Of a DNA stretch of 64,000 nucleotides, positions 9,721 to 19,763 are shown one piece after another. This DNA comes from a candidate division CPR2 bacterium GW2011_GWC2_39_10. Lineage in GTDB: Bacteria > Patescibacteriota > CPR2. Each line of letters starts with the position of its first letter. Positions within the stretch are counted from its first letter, which is position 1. The DNA is taken from contig LBVV01000007.1 of NCBI GenBank assembly GCA_000993275.1, positions 57,290 to 121,289 of the forward strand, read 5' to 3'. The notes below the pieces were generated by a model. The model had not been told where the DNA came from, ran no database searches, and was given only the letters and a program-made list of their open reading frames with translations. The translations under genes were made by a program, and so were the position numbers.

Positions 9721-9749
9721 TTGACAAATTATCATCAAGATGCTATAAT
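9721..9749 (+). promoter_or_regulatory. Consensus sigma70 promoter
   Basis: TTGACA-17-TATAAT with TG extension. Confidence 0.85.
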
Positions 9750-9779
9750 TTATGCATCTATTAATTAGCTATAAAAAAA

Positions 9780-10793
9780 ATGCAAAAATCTGTCTTATCA
9801 AAATACGATTTAAAACAGCTAACCAACGAGGCACTTAAGCTTCTTAAGAAAGATAGAAGCAGGGAAGTGCTTATTCTTCGATTTGGTTTAAACGGCTCAA
9901 GAATGACCTTGGAGAAAATTGGGCAAAGATACCATATTACCAGAGAACGAGTTAGACAAATTGAAAAAGCGGCTTTAAGTAAGTTAAAAAATGCAAAACT
10001 CGGCGAGAAGGAAGAATATCAATCATTATTTAATACTGTTATTAAAGAGGGAATTTTAAGCGCCAATGATGCGGAAAAGCTATTTGGAGAACAAAATTTC
10101 AACAACATTAGGCTGCTTCTTAACTTATCGCCGGACATAGAAGAGCTTTCGGAGAATGACCATACAAGAGCTTGCTTTATAAGTAATGATTATAGCTTTA
10201 ATACTATAAAAAAGATTACAGGGAAAACTGTCGAAATATTAAAAGAACACGGCAAGCCGTCGGTTCTAAAATCTTTAATCCCCAAGATAAAAGAAACTTT
10301 AAATATAGAGCTGTCAAACGAAATAATTGAAAAAGCAATTAGGCTTAGCAAAAATATTGTTATAGATGAAGATAACGTAGGGCTGACAATTTGGCCGTCC
10401 GTTAATCCAAAAAGCATCAAGGACAAAACTCATTATATTTTAAAGAAACAGGGCAAACCGCTGCATTTTTCCGATATTGCCGTCAGAGTGAGAACCATGT
10501 CCGTGAAATCAATAACCAAGCAGGCCGTTCATAACGAACTTATTCGTGACGAACGATTTGTCCTTATTGGCAGAGGCATTTATGCCTTAATCGAATGGGG
10601 ATACAGGCCAGGTACCGTAACAGATATTATTACCGAAATTCTTACCGAATGTCAGGTTCTCCATAAAAATGATATTATCCAAAAAGTTTTAGAAAAGAGA
10701 GAGGTTAAAGAAACCACTATAGTGTTAAACCTTCAAAACAAAAACAAATTTATCCGAGTAGGCAAGGCCACCTACTCCTTGTCTGAGGAGTAA
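9780..10793 (+). CDS. Sigma70 region-4 HTH fused to C-terminal winged HTH (RNA polymerase delta/HARE-HTH-like) domains
   Basis: 'LRFGL...TLEKIGQRYHITRERVRQIE' and 'LKKQGKPLHFSDIA...GRGIYAL'. Confidence 0.8.
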   Translation: MQKSVLSKYDLKQLTNEALKLLKKDRSREVLILRFGLNGSRMTLEKIGQRYHITRERVRQIEKAALSKLKNAKLGEKEEYQSLFNTVIKEGILSANDAEKLFGEQNFNNIRLLLNLSPDIEELSENDHTRACFISNDYSFNTIKKITGKTVEILKEHGKPSVLKSLIPKIKETLNIELSNEIIEKAIRLSKNIVIDEDNVGLTIWPSVNPKSIKDKTHYILKKQGKPLHFSDIAVRVRTMSVKSITKQAVHNELIRDERFVLIGRGIYALIEWGYRPGTVTDIITEILTECQVLHKNDIIQKVLEKREVKETTIVLNLQNKNKFIRVGKATYSLSEE

Positions 10794-10798
10794 ATTTC

Positions 10799-13773
10799 AT
10801 GTCATTAGATTTAATATATTCGATAATTCAAGAAATTATTAAGATTGGGATTTTTTTCTTTTCCTATACTTGGTGGGTTTTTGTACTTATTTTTGCATGG
10901 GAAGCTTACCAAAATAGCCGTAAAAAGGGTTGGGTAGAAAACCTAGATCACATCATTTTGAAAGTTGAGGTTCCAAAAAATAATGAGAAGGGGCCAGTTG
11001 CAGCCGAAATGATGTTCGCTTCTCTCCATGGAATTTTAAAAGACGCTGACGATCAAAGAAAAGAGGGAAGTATTCAAGAACATATCTCTTTCGAAATTGT
11101 CGCTTCTTTAAATAACATTAGCTTCTATATTTGGCTGCCCAGCTATCTCAAGGACTACCTTGAAGGGCAACTATATGCCCAATATCCTTCCGCAGAAATT
11201 ACAATAGTCAATGACTACTCTCTCGAAATAGGGAACGATGGCGACGGGTACCATTTATACGGTACTGAGATTGCTCTGGAAAAAGATCACATGCTTCCGA
11301 TCAAAACTTTTATCAGCTTTGAAGTAGATCCCTTAGCTTCTATCACCAGCGTTCTTAGTAAACTGGATGACATAAACGAACAAATTTGGATACAATATTT
11401 GGTTCAACCGGAAAGCAATGACTGGCAATCAAAATCCCAAAACCACACTTCAAATGTTCGATCGGGAAATAACACGCTGACCCTTGATTCCATATTTGGA
11501 TCTATAAAATCTGCTCCTTTTACGTTGCCAAAGACCTTAATCTCAATGGCCTTAAAGGCACCCGAACCACCAAGCGGGGCAGTGACCAAACCAAGCCTAT
11601 CTAAGCACGAGGAGGCAGAACTGACTGCCATAGACACCAAAGCCATGAAACTCGGATATAACGTTAAAATTAGAGTGATTTACGCCTCAAAGAACTCCGA
11701 AAAGGTTAAATATAGGCTACAAGCCGTTGCCGGTAGCTTTAAGCAATTCAACACGACGCTAAATGGTTTTGTTTCCGGTAAAACCATACCGGGTAAACTT
11801 GCTTTAGATGAATACAGGGCAAGATTTTTCGACTATGGGTTTATATTAAATATAGAAGAATTGGCAAGTATTTATCACTTGCCGCACGTTTCCGTCGAAA
11901 CGCCAAATATTAACTGGGTATCATCAAAAAAGTCCGAACCGCCGTCAAATTTACCGTTAGAAGGGTCCTCGCCGCCGGAAGAGCTAACCTTATTCGGCCA
12001 AACCAACTTTAGGGGAAACAGACAAAAATTCGGTATAAAAAAAGAAGACCGCAGCCGCCACATGTATATAATAGGTAAGTCCGGCGTTGGTAAATCTTAT
12101 TCTTTAGCTCTTTTATCTATTTCCGACATTTATGCCGGTCGCGGAGTAATATTCCGGAATACCGGATTAAAGACGTCGTCTATTTTAATCCCGCCGATAC
12201 CTTGTATCCAGTTGCTTTCAATGCTTTAGAGTGTCCAAACCCCGATTTTAAAGAAATGATCGCCTCCGGCTTTGTCTCCATCTTCAAAAAACAATTCGGT
12301 TATAGCTGGGGACCAAGACTGGAATATGTATTAAGATATACGATTCTTGCTTTGCTAGACACTCCCGACTCAACAATGCTTGGTGTTATTCGCATGCTTA
12401 CAGAGAAGAATTTTAGACAGAAAGTAATAAAAAACATTAAAGATCCTGTAGTTAAAAATTTCTGGGAGAAAGAATATGCAACCTATAATGACCGTTTTGC
12501 CACCGAGGCAGTCGCTCCAATTTTGAACAAGGTTGGGCAATTTATCGCTTCGCCCTTAATTAGAAATATTGTTGGTCAACCAATAAGCACTATAGATATT
12601 AGAAAGATAATGGATGAAGAAAAAATATTAATTATTAATCTGTCGTCCGGTAGAATAGGCGAGGACAACTCGGCCCTTCTTGGTTCTATGATGATAACAA
12701 AAATTCAGCTTGCAGCCATGTCTAGGGCAGATATTCCGGCAGAGGAACGAAAAGACTTCTATTTATATGTCGATGAATTCCAGAACTTTGCTACCGAATC
12801 ATTTGCAAAAATCCTCTCGGAAGCCAGGAAATACCGTCTAAATTTAATAGTTGCCAACCAATATATTACTCAAATGGAAGAAACGGTAAGAGATGCCGTT
12901 TTTGGCAACGTCGGTACCTTAATTTCCTACCGTGTGGGCGCAAAAGACGCAACCTTCTTAGAAAATGAGTTTTCTAAGCTATTTACATCCGAAGATCTAA
13001 TAAACCTGGACAATAGACACATTTACCTAAAAATGCTTATTGACGGTGTGACAAGACATCCATTTTCGGCCATGATCTTAAACCTTCCGCCGTCAAAAAT
13101 TGACCATTCGAAGGAAATTTATAGATATTCAAGAGACAATTTTGCCCGATCAAAAGATGAAGTAGAGGATTTAATCAATAAATTTAGCACCAGTATTCCC
13201 CAAAACGAGATTGACGAAGAACCTCAAGTTTCCATTGAAAAAAGAAACGCCGACAGTCATGTAACGGAAAATCCGGTGAATAAAAGACCGGATAATTTCA
13301 ATCGGGAAAGACAAGAGCGCCCTGTATATAGACCGAGGATAGAGAAAACAAATAAACCCCAGCTCCCACATCATCAGGATAACTCTTCTCAGATTATAGA
13401 AAAAAACCCGATACCGAATAAAACTATGAAACATCCCGTGAAACAGTTTCAAAGCAAGACCAATGAAAATCAAAATTTAAAATTTTCACAATATAAAAAA
13501 CCCTATCGAAGCAGCCACGCGCCTTCTAATAATTCTCCTTCCGGAAATTCCAGCGACAACAGACATGCCTCAAAACCAAACGAACAGAATATAAGAGATG
13601 CAATTCAAGCCGCCTTAGCAAAGAAACAAAACAATAACTCAAATGAAGCAGCTGTCATAAATAAACAGCCTGATTTGAAAATCAATAATACTAACGACCA
13701 GAAATTAAATAATACTAATAAAGATAACGGATCTCGCGAGATAAAGCCCGGGGAAACGATAATATTTAAATAA
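10799..13773 (+). pseudogene. VirD4/TraD/HerA-like coupling ATPase, split by a deletion plus frameshift near 12150 (or an assembly error)
   Basis: ORF1 has TM and Walker A 'GKSGVGKS'; ORF2 has 'LYVDEFQNF', 'LSEARKY'; second frame resumes at 'IPEYRIKDVVYFNPAD' (12151) with the usual DPHGD segment absent. Confidence 0.75.
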
Positions 13774-13861
13774 TTAATAATTAAATTTTAATTTTTTTAC
13801 TTAACTTTGAAGAAGGGGCATTAAGAGGTAAAAGCCAGACCTCTTTTCATTATAAAGGATT

Positions 13862-13889
13862 ATGTCGCACAATGTATCTTATGCGCCAT
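13862..13889. other. dif-like Xer recombination site (11-6-11)
   Basis: atgtcgcacaa-tgtatc-ttatgcgccat; resembles E. coli dif XerC arm and TGTATA spacer; lies where gene orientation converges. Confidence 0.6.
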
Positions 13890-14242
13890 TGCTAGATATT
13901 TAAAAAAGACGTGTTGTGAGTCATCTTTTTTGGCAATACATAGCTAAAAAAAGTTCTTTCACGCAGGCTTGTCATATGGCCATTTAGAATAAGCTACTGA
14001 AAACACCTCTTTAGGTTCGCCCCTCCTTTGTATTTATTTATTTTATTGTTCTTGGCCCGCAAATGTTTGCCAAGTGTTAATTAGACATATTTCGCCATAT
14101 CAATTAAATAAAGATAATTATCCCCTAACCTACTTGGTTAAAAAATTCTTTAAATTTATTGTTTTATTTTTGTATTAAAAAAGAGCAGTTTTTTTGAATA
14201 CTCTGCTCTTCTCTTTTGTGAAACAATTTGTATGTTTCACAA

Positions 14243-15055
14243 TTATTTCATAAATATTTTATTTTCAATTCTCAAGTCTATATATTCGCTAATCTTTTTA
14301 TTGTCTCTTTTTGTCTCCACCATAATTCTCGTTAGGCCGGAAAGTTGATTTTCGAGGTTCCTTGTAGAATCAAAGTAAACGGAAAAGATATCCGTTGTTT
14401 TAACTTCGATGTCTCTTTTAAATTCATTTTTAATAATTATCTCTTTTGCCTCTAGGCCGGTTGACGAAAAACTGCTACCCAAATTATCAATAAATAACAT
14501 TAAATCAGGGGATCCCACCCTATCCCCCACGCTAATTGATGTATTGGTCTTATCGTTAATATTTAAAACCAAATCCTGAGCTCCGGAAGCAACAACTATT
14601 CCCTCTTTGTCGACAATGTAGGTTTCTCCTCCGGTAATCCAATTAAATTTTACATCCCGAAGAAGCCCCTCAATAAACACTTCCTTGCTTCCGGCTATTT
14701 TGGTAACTGTAATTTCCTTAAATTCAGGCATGCCGTCTTGAAGTATCTCCTCGAGATTGTTTGTTGATAAAAAATAGAAATTTCTGGAAAGAATCCCGCT
14801 GGAAATAAAGTTTCCCACCTGACTTTCTATTTTTATTTTTGCTTCCCCTTCTACGCCTTTAATGTTTATTTTTTTTATCATCATTGCATCAGATATAAAA
14901 AACCAATACAAAGAGGTTAGCAAGGCTAAGCTAAAAATTTTTATAAAAAAACTCTTAAACGACCTGGATTTCCTATGCTCTAATGGGCTTGAGGGCATTA
15001 TAAGTCTTTTTCTATAATTATTATTCCTTTTTCTACGAACTTGTTGTCTTGCCAT
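14243..15055 (-). CDS. ftsQ: FtsQ/DivIB-like cell division protein
   Basis: Basic N-terminus, single TM, C-terminal 'YIDLR'; follows murC. Confidence 0.75.
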   Translation of the reverse strand: MARQQVRRKRNNNYRKRLIMPSSPLEHRKSRSFKSFFIKIFSLALLTSLYWFFISDAMMIKKINIKGVEGEAKIKIESQVGNFISSGILSRNFYFLSTNNLEEILQDGMPEFKEITVTKIAGSKEVFIEGLLRDVKFNWITGGETYIVDKEGIVVASGAQDLVLNINDKTNTSISVGDRVGSPDLMLFIDNLGSSFSSTGLEAKEIIIKNEFKRDIEVKTTDIFSVYFDSTRNLENQLSGLTRIMVETKRDNKKISEYIDLRIENKIFMK

Positions 15056-16394
15056 ATCTATCCAATATCATTGAGCCCAATTTATTAATATTGCCCGCTC
15101 CAATAGTTAAAATAACACCGCCTTTATAATTTTTAAAAACATAATCAGCAACACTCTCAAAGGAATCAATAAAAACCGCATTTCCTCCCAAGCTGTTAAT
15201 TTTCTTTACTAACTCTTCTTCAATATCTCCCTTACTGTTTGTTTCAAAATCCCTAGCCTCATAAACCTTAGTTAAAACTAACCTGTCTGCCTCGGAAAGC
15301 ACAGAAGCAAATTCATTAAAAAATTCTTTCGTCCGGGAATATTGGTGCGGCTGAAAAATAGCGAAGACAGGAAGATCATAGGCTCTTTTTAAGGCATCAA
15401 AAGTTGCACTTATCTCGGTTGGATGGTGACCGTAATCATCAATAATTAACGGGTCATCACTTATAGTCTCAAGCCTTCTTTTAGCCCCCTTAAAATCACT
15501 AAAAGTGCCCGGAATCGATGAAGCGTCCACACCCAACAGTGAAAGACAAGCAACAACCATGCCCGCGTTGAACGCATTATGCAAGCCTGAAATTCCTAAT
15601 TTTATATCATAAGATTTACTATTAATACTTACGGTGAAAATCAGGCCGGCTCCGTCGTTTTCCAAATTAGTAATTCGACAATCGTTTGAGACACCAAAGC
15701 CAACATATATAACTTTACATTTCGCTACCGATCCTAAGCGCCTTGTTATTTCCGAATCCCCGTTTATAACCAAAAATCCATCCGGATTAATTTTTGAAAC
15801 AAAGGCTTGAAAAGCATCAATAATATCATTTATGTCTTTAAAATAATCCAAGTGATCGGCTTCCATATTTGTTATTATGGCGGCAAAAGGAGATAACTGA
15901 AGAAACGCACGCTGATATTCGCAAGCCTCGGCAACAAAATATTCACCTTTTCCGCTTAAATAATTTGAGCCCGTTTTCAAAATCTCGCCGCCAATTATGG
16001 CCGATGGGTCTAGTCCTGCATCTTTTAGGGCAAGGGCAATAAGTGACGTTGTTGTTGTTTTTCCATGAGTTCCAGCAATAGCGATTCCCTTACTTTTTTG
16101 CATTAATTCGCCCAACAATTCGGAGCGAAGAACAATTTTCTTGTTCAATTCTTTTGATCTTTTTATTTCGACATTATCCAAGGGTATTGCCGAGCTATAA
16201 ACAACAACATCCAAATCTGTTTCAATATTGCCTGAGGAATGATTTAAATAAATTTTGGCGCCCTTCTTCTTCAGCTTTTGAACATTTTCCGAGTCTTCCC
16301 TATCTGACCCTGATACATAATAACCCCGATCTAATAACATGTTCGCCAACGGTGCCATTCCTGATCCGCCAATGCCAATAAAGTGATATTTCAT
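15033..16394 (-). CDS. murC: UDP-N-acetylmuramate-L-alanine ligase
   Basis: 'GIGGSGM', 'GTHGKTTT', 'DDYGHHPTEI', 'FQPH'. Confidence 0.97.
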   Translation of the reverse strand: MKYHFIGIGGSGMAPLANMLLDRGYYVSGSDREDSENVQKLKKKGAKIYLNHSSGNIETDLDVVVYSSAIPLDNVEIKRSKELNKKIVLRSELLGELMQKSKGIAIAGTHGKTTTTSLIALALKDAGLDPSAIIGGEILKTGSNYLSGKGEYFVAEACEYQRAFLQLSPFAAIITNMEADHLDYFKDINDIIDAFQAFVSKINPDGFLVINGDSEITRRLGSVAKCKVIYVGFGVSNDCRITNLENDGAGLIFTVSINSKSYDIKLGISGLHNAFNAGMVVACLSLLGVDASSIPGTFSDFKGAKRRLETISDDPLIIDDYGHHPTEISATFDALKRAYDLPVFAIFQPHQYSRTKEFFNEFASVLSEADRLVLTKVYEARDFETNSKGDIEEELVKKINSLGGNAVFIDSFESVADYVFKNYKGGVILTIGAGNINKLGSMILDRYGKTTSS

Positions 16395-17554
16395 TTCTTA
16401 TTTCCTTTTTCCTTAGCTACAATCTCCAAATAATCCACCATAACATCCGCCATTTCTTTTGCAGCATCAATTTTGCCAAATTCTTTACTTTTTCTAGCTA
16501 AAAACTCAATTTCTCCTTCTTTTTCGAATATTAGCTCCAGTTGCGACAATAAAAGGTCTTTACTTGTTTCGCTTTCCTCCAGAGAATAAGCGGCGCCTTG
16601 TCTCATCATTATTTGTGCATTCCGATATTGATGCGAATTTGCTGACGAGCCCAAAGGGATAAGAAGCATTGGTTTTCCTAGAGCGCAAAATTCTGAAATA
16701 AAATTTTGACCTGACCTGGAAATTATTAAATCTGAAACCGCATAAGCGTCCTTTAGTTCTCCGGACAAAAAACTATAAAGATGGTATTTTTTTTGCGCCT
16801 CAGCAGTTAATCCCGATTTTAGATACATGAGCCACGAGAAATCGTTATCTCCGCAAACATGAATGATCTGATATTTTTTTAGTAAGTCGGTAATTGATTC
16901 GGCAATGAGGGAATTAATAAAATGGGAGCCTTGGCTGCCGCCAACAATAAGTATTACGGGGTCATGACCTTTTAATTCAAATATTTTTTCTCCCTCTTCT
17001 TTGCTGCCTTTTAGCAGGTCTTTTCTTACTGGATTACCGGTAAAAATGAGCTTTGCTTTTGGCAGATTATTATAAAAGTTTTCCGGATAAGAAACCATTA
17101 TTCTGTCCGCAAAACGCGATAATATTTTGTTTGAAAGGCCCATTTCGCTATCCGATTCATGAATAAACAAAGGGTAGCCCATTGATGCTGCGGCCAGCCC
17201 CACAGGCAAGCCCACATACCCTCCTTTTATAAAAACAATTTCCGGCCGATACTCCCTTATTATGGCCCTTGACTCAAAAAAACCTCTTATTACCCTAAAT
17301 ACGTCCCCCATATTGGATATGATTGTTTGAGGATTAAAAAGATTAACTATGGTGTTGTTGTGGTATCTTCTAAACTTGCCCGCATGAATGAAATGAAACT
17401 TTAAATCCAATTGAGGAATGATTTTAATTTCCATTCCGGCGTTTGAACCAACATAAACTATATCTTTATATCCGCTTTTTTCTAATTCTTCTATTACTGC
17501 CAAAGCCGGGTAGATATGACCCCCCGTTCCTCCGCCGGCGACCAGAATTCTCAC
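16391..17554 (-). CDS. murG: Lipid II GlcNAc transferase MurG
   Basis: 'GGGTGGHIYP', 'KGGYV', 'TGNPVR', 'GGSQG'. Confidence 0.96.
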   Translation of the reverse strand: MRILVAGGGTGGHIYPALAVIEELEKSGYKDIVYVGSNAGMEIKIIPQLDLKFHFIHAGKFRRYHNNTIVNLFNPQTIISNMGDVFRVIRGFFESRAIIREYRPEIVFIKGGYVGLPVGLAAASMGYPLFIHESDSEMGLSNKILSRFADRIMVSYPENFYNNLPKAKLIFTGNPVRKDLLKGSKEEGEKIFELKGHDPVILIVGGSQGSHFINSLIAESITDLLKKYQIIHVCGDNDFSWLMYLKSGLTAEAQKKYHLYSFLSGELKDAYAVSDLIISRSGQNFISEFCALGKPMLLIPLGSSANSHQYRNAQIMMRQGAAYSLEESETSKDLLLSQLELIFEKEGEIEFLARKSKEFGKIDAAKEMADVMVDYLEIVAKEKGNKK

Positions 17555-18683
17555 TTAAGACCTCCTCTTTAGTATATTTTGATATATTAAGCAGAATACC
17601 CACTGCAGTCAAGGAAAACACCAGCGATGATCCGCCGAAGCTTATAAAAACTAGCGGAACTCCGGTTAGCGGCAAAATGGATAACATTGCCCCTATATTG
17701 ACAAATACCTGAACCATAAACCAAGTAGAAATACCTACGGCTATAAGCCTCGAAAATTCATCCGGAGCTTTCTTTGCTATTTTAAAGCCTTGAACAACAA
17801 TAAACAAGTAAACTAAAATAATTAAAATAGCCCTGATAAAGCCTAATTCTTCTGCAATTATAGGAAATATGGCATCGGTTGTTGCCTCCGGTAAATAATA
17901 AAGTTTTTGACGGCTTTCTGAAAAACCCAAACCCAAAAGACCCCCGGAGCCGATGGCAATTAAGGCCTGGTTAATTTGATATCCCATGTCGGTTTTATCG
18001 GCGCCAGGATTTAGAAAAACCATCAGACGCTGAAAACGGTAACTTTCATTTTTAATAAGAAGCGCCACAGCCAGGACACCCGCCCCAAAAAAAGAAAAAA
18101 TAGTTGGTAGATTGGCTCCGGCTATAAAAAACATCGACATGCCAATTGCAGAGATAATAATGGTGGTCGATAAATTCGGCTGCTTTAAAATTAATACTCC
18201 CAAAAAAGCAATAATTAATGCAAAAGGGATTACCGTATTAGCAGAATTGATCTGGGATAATCTTTGCTCGAACCAAAAAGCCATGAACAAAATAAAAGTG
18301 ATTTTAATTGCTTCAGTTGGCTGAAAAGTTCTTATACCAAGATCTAACCATCTTTGCGCGCCACCGGCCGTTTTGCCCATCAAAAGTACCATAATTAATA
18401 TAAAAATTGACATGTAGAATAGGCTTGGAGCGAATCTTCTCCAGAGAGGATAATCAATTTTATAAGCGGCAATCCAAAAACATACCCCGACAATTAAAGA
18501 CGTCAACTGATGATATAGATACGTTGTCGTTGATTGTCCGCCACTTTCGGCATAACTTTTGGTAACTGAAGCCGAAAAAATCATAGTGAGACCAAAAAAA
18601 CATAAGCCGATAACCGCAATCGCCAAATAGTAATTAGGTCTATGAGGCCGAGGAAGCCTATTTGATGAAATGGGATTTCGCAT
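17466..18683 (-). CDS. ftsW: SEDS peptidoglycan glycosyltransferase FtsW
   Basis: Multi-TM; 'GAQRW', 'FQPTE', 'LPEATTD', 'TGVPLVFISFGGSS'. Confidence 0.93.
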   Translation of the reverse strand: MRNPISSNRLPRPHRPNYYLAIAVIGLCFFGLTMIFSASVTKSYAESGGQSTTTYLYHQLTSLIVGVCFWIAAYKIDYPLWRRFAPSLFYMSIFILIMVLLMGKTAGGAQRWLDLGIRTFQPTEAIKITFILFMAFWFEQRLSQINSANTVIPFALIIAFLGVLILKQPNLSTTIIISAIGMSMFFIAGANLPTIFSFFGAGVLAVALLIKNESYRFQRLMVFLNPGADKTDMGYQINQALIAIGSGGLLGLGFSESRQKLYYLPEATTDAIFPIIAEELGFIRAILIILVYLFIVVQGFKIAKKAPDEFSRLIAVGISTWFMVQVFVNIGAMLSILPLTGVPLVFISFGGSSLVFSLTAVGILLNISKYTKEEVLSENSGRRRRNGGSYLPGFGSNRRIRKKRI

Positions 18684-19723
18684 TAAGAAATATTTTCAAA
18701 TAAATATAATATTATTCCGGTTACTGCCGATACGGCGCCAATTACCCAAAAACGCATCGTCACTTTTGGCTCCGGCCATCCTTTGGCTTCAAAATGATGA
18801 TGAATCGGAGTAGATAAAAATACCTTTTTCCCTAGGAATTTTCGTGAAAAAAGTTGGATTATCACCGACAAAGTTTCAAAAACAAAAACGCTTGCGATTA
18901 TTGGAAGCAAAAAAACGGTATCGGTAAACATTGCTATAACGCCTAATGTTGCTCCTAAGGCCACTGCGCCGGTATCACCCATAAAGAAACGGGCCGGATA
19001 AATGTTAAACCAAGTATAAGACAACATAGCTCCCACCACAGAAGCACAAAAAATGGCAATTCCAAAATATCCTTGCAACATTGCAATAACGGTATATGCG
19101 CCAAATGCAAATATTAACAGTCCTCCCGACAAACCATCCAAGCCGTCCGTAATATTAACTGCATTCGCCGCGGAAACAACAACAAGCATAAACAAAGGAA
19201 CATACAATAAGCCCATATTAAAGTTGCCCAAAAATGGTATTGCCAAAAATTCTTTTCCTAAATTGAAATGAAACCATATTCCTCCAGCCAAACTTAAAAT
19301 TAAAAGCCACGTCATTTTTACCCGACTCTTGATGCCGGCAATTCCGCCATTTTCACTGTTTATGTTTATATAATCGTCAACTAAGCCCAAAATACCAACC
19401 GCAACCAAAACAAATAATGGCAACCACGTTTGTTGTCTGCTTAAGTTAAAAATAAGAGTAAATACGGCCACCGGTATCCAAATTAGAATACCGGCCATTG
19501 TCGGAATATTTCGTTCGTGTTTTTTGGCATGCAATTTATGAAAGATGGGTGCTTTTTCTTTTCCTCCACCAATCCATGCCGTATCTTTTACCTTTTTCCA
19601 CCACTCATTTTTATAGGCGAAATAAGTAAAGAGAGGAGTTAAGGAAATAGATAGCGAAAAAGTAACAAAAGCCGCTAGCCCTGCTCTTAAAAATCTTTCT
19701 AGAAAAAATTGATCGATTTGCAT
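18683..19723 (-). CDS. mraY: Phospho-MurNAc-pentapeptide transferase
   Basis: 'PTMAG', 'NAVNITDGLDGL', 'FMGDTG', 'PIHHHFE'. Confidence 0.97.
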   Translation of the reverse strand: MQIDQFFLERFLRAGLAAFVTFSLSISLTPLFTYFAYKNEWWKKVKDTAWIGGGKEKAPIFHKLHAKKHERNIPTMAGILIWIPVAVFTLIFNLSRQQTWLPLFVLVAVGILGLVDDYININSENGGIAGIKSRVKMTWLLILSLAGGIWFHFNLGKEFLAIPFLGNFNMGLLYVPLFMLVVVSAANAVNITDGLDGLSGGLLIFAFGAYTVIAMLQGYFGIAIFCASVVGAMLSYTWFNIYPARFFMGDTGAVALGATLGVIAMFTDTVFLLPIIASVFVFETLSVIIQLFSRKFLGKKVFLSTPIHHHFEAKGWPEPKVTMRFWVIGAVSAVTGIILYLFENIS

Positions 19724-19763
19724 ATTCAGTACCCATTTTACCTTAAGTTATGGTTATTAACAA

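Noticed and set aside
13930-14110. Small hairpins and an SD-like AAGGAGGGG in the terminus gap
   Set aside because: Pairings are short, with no ORF or clear promoter
17466-17554. 89-nt ftsW/murG overlap with Arg-rich tail
   Set aside because: Tail is simply the alternate frame of the murG start; no sign of function
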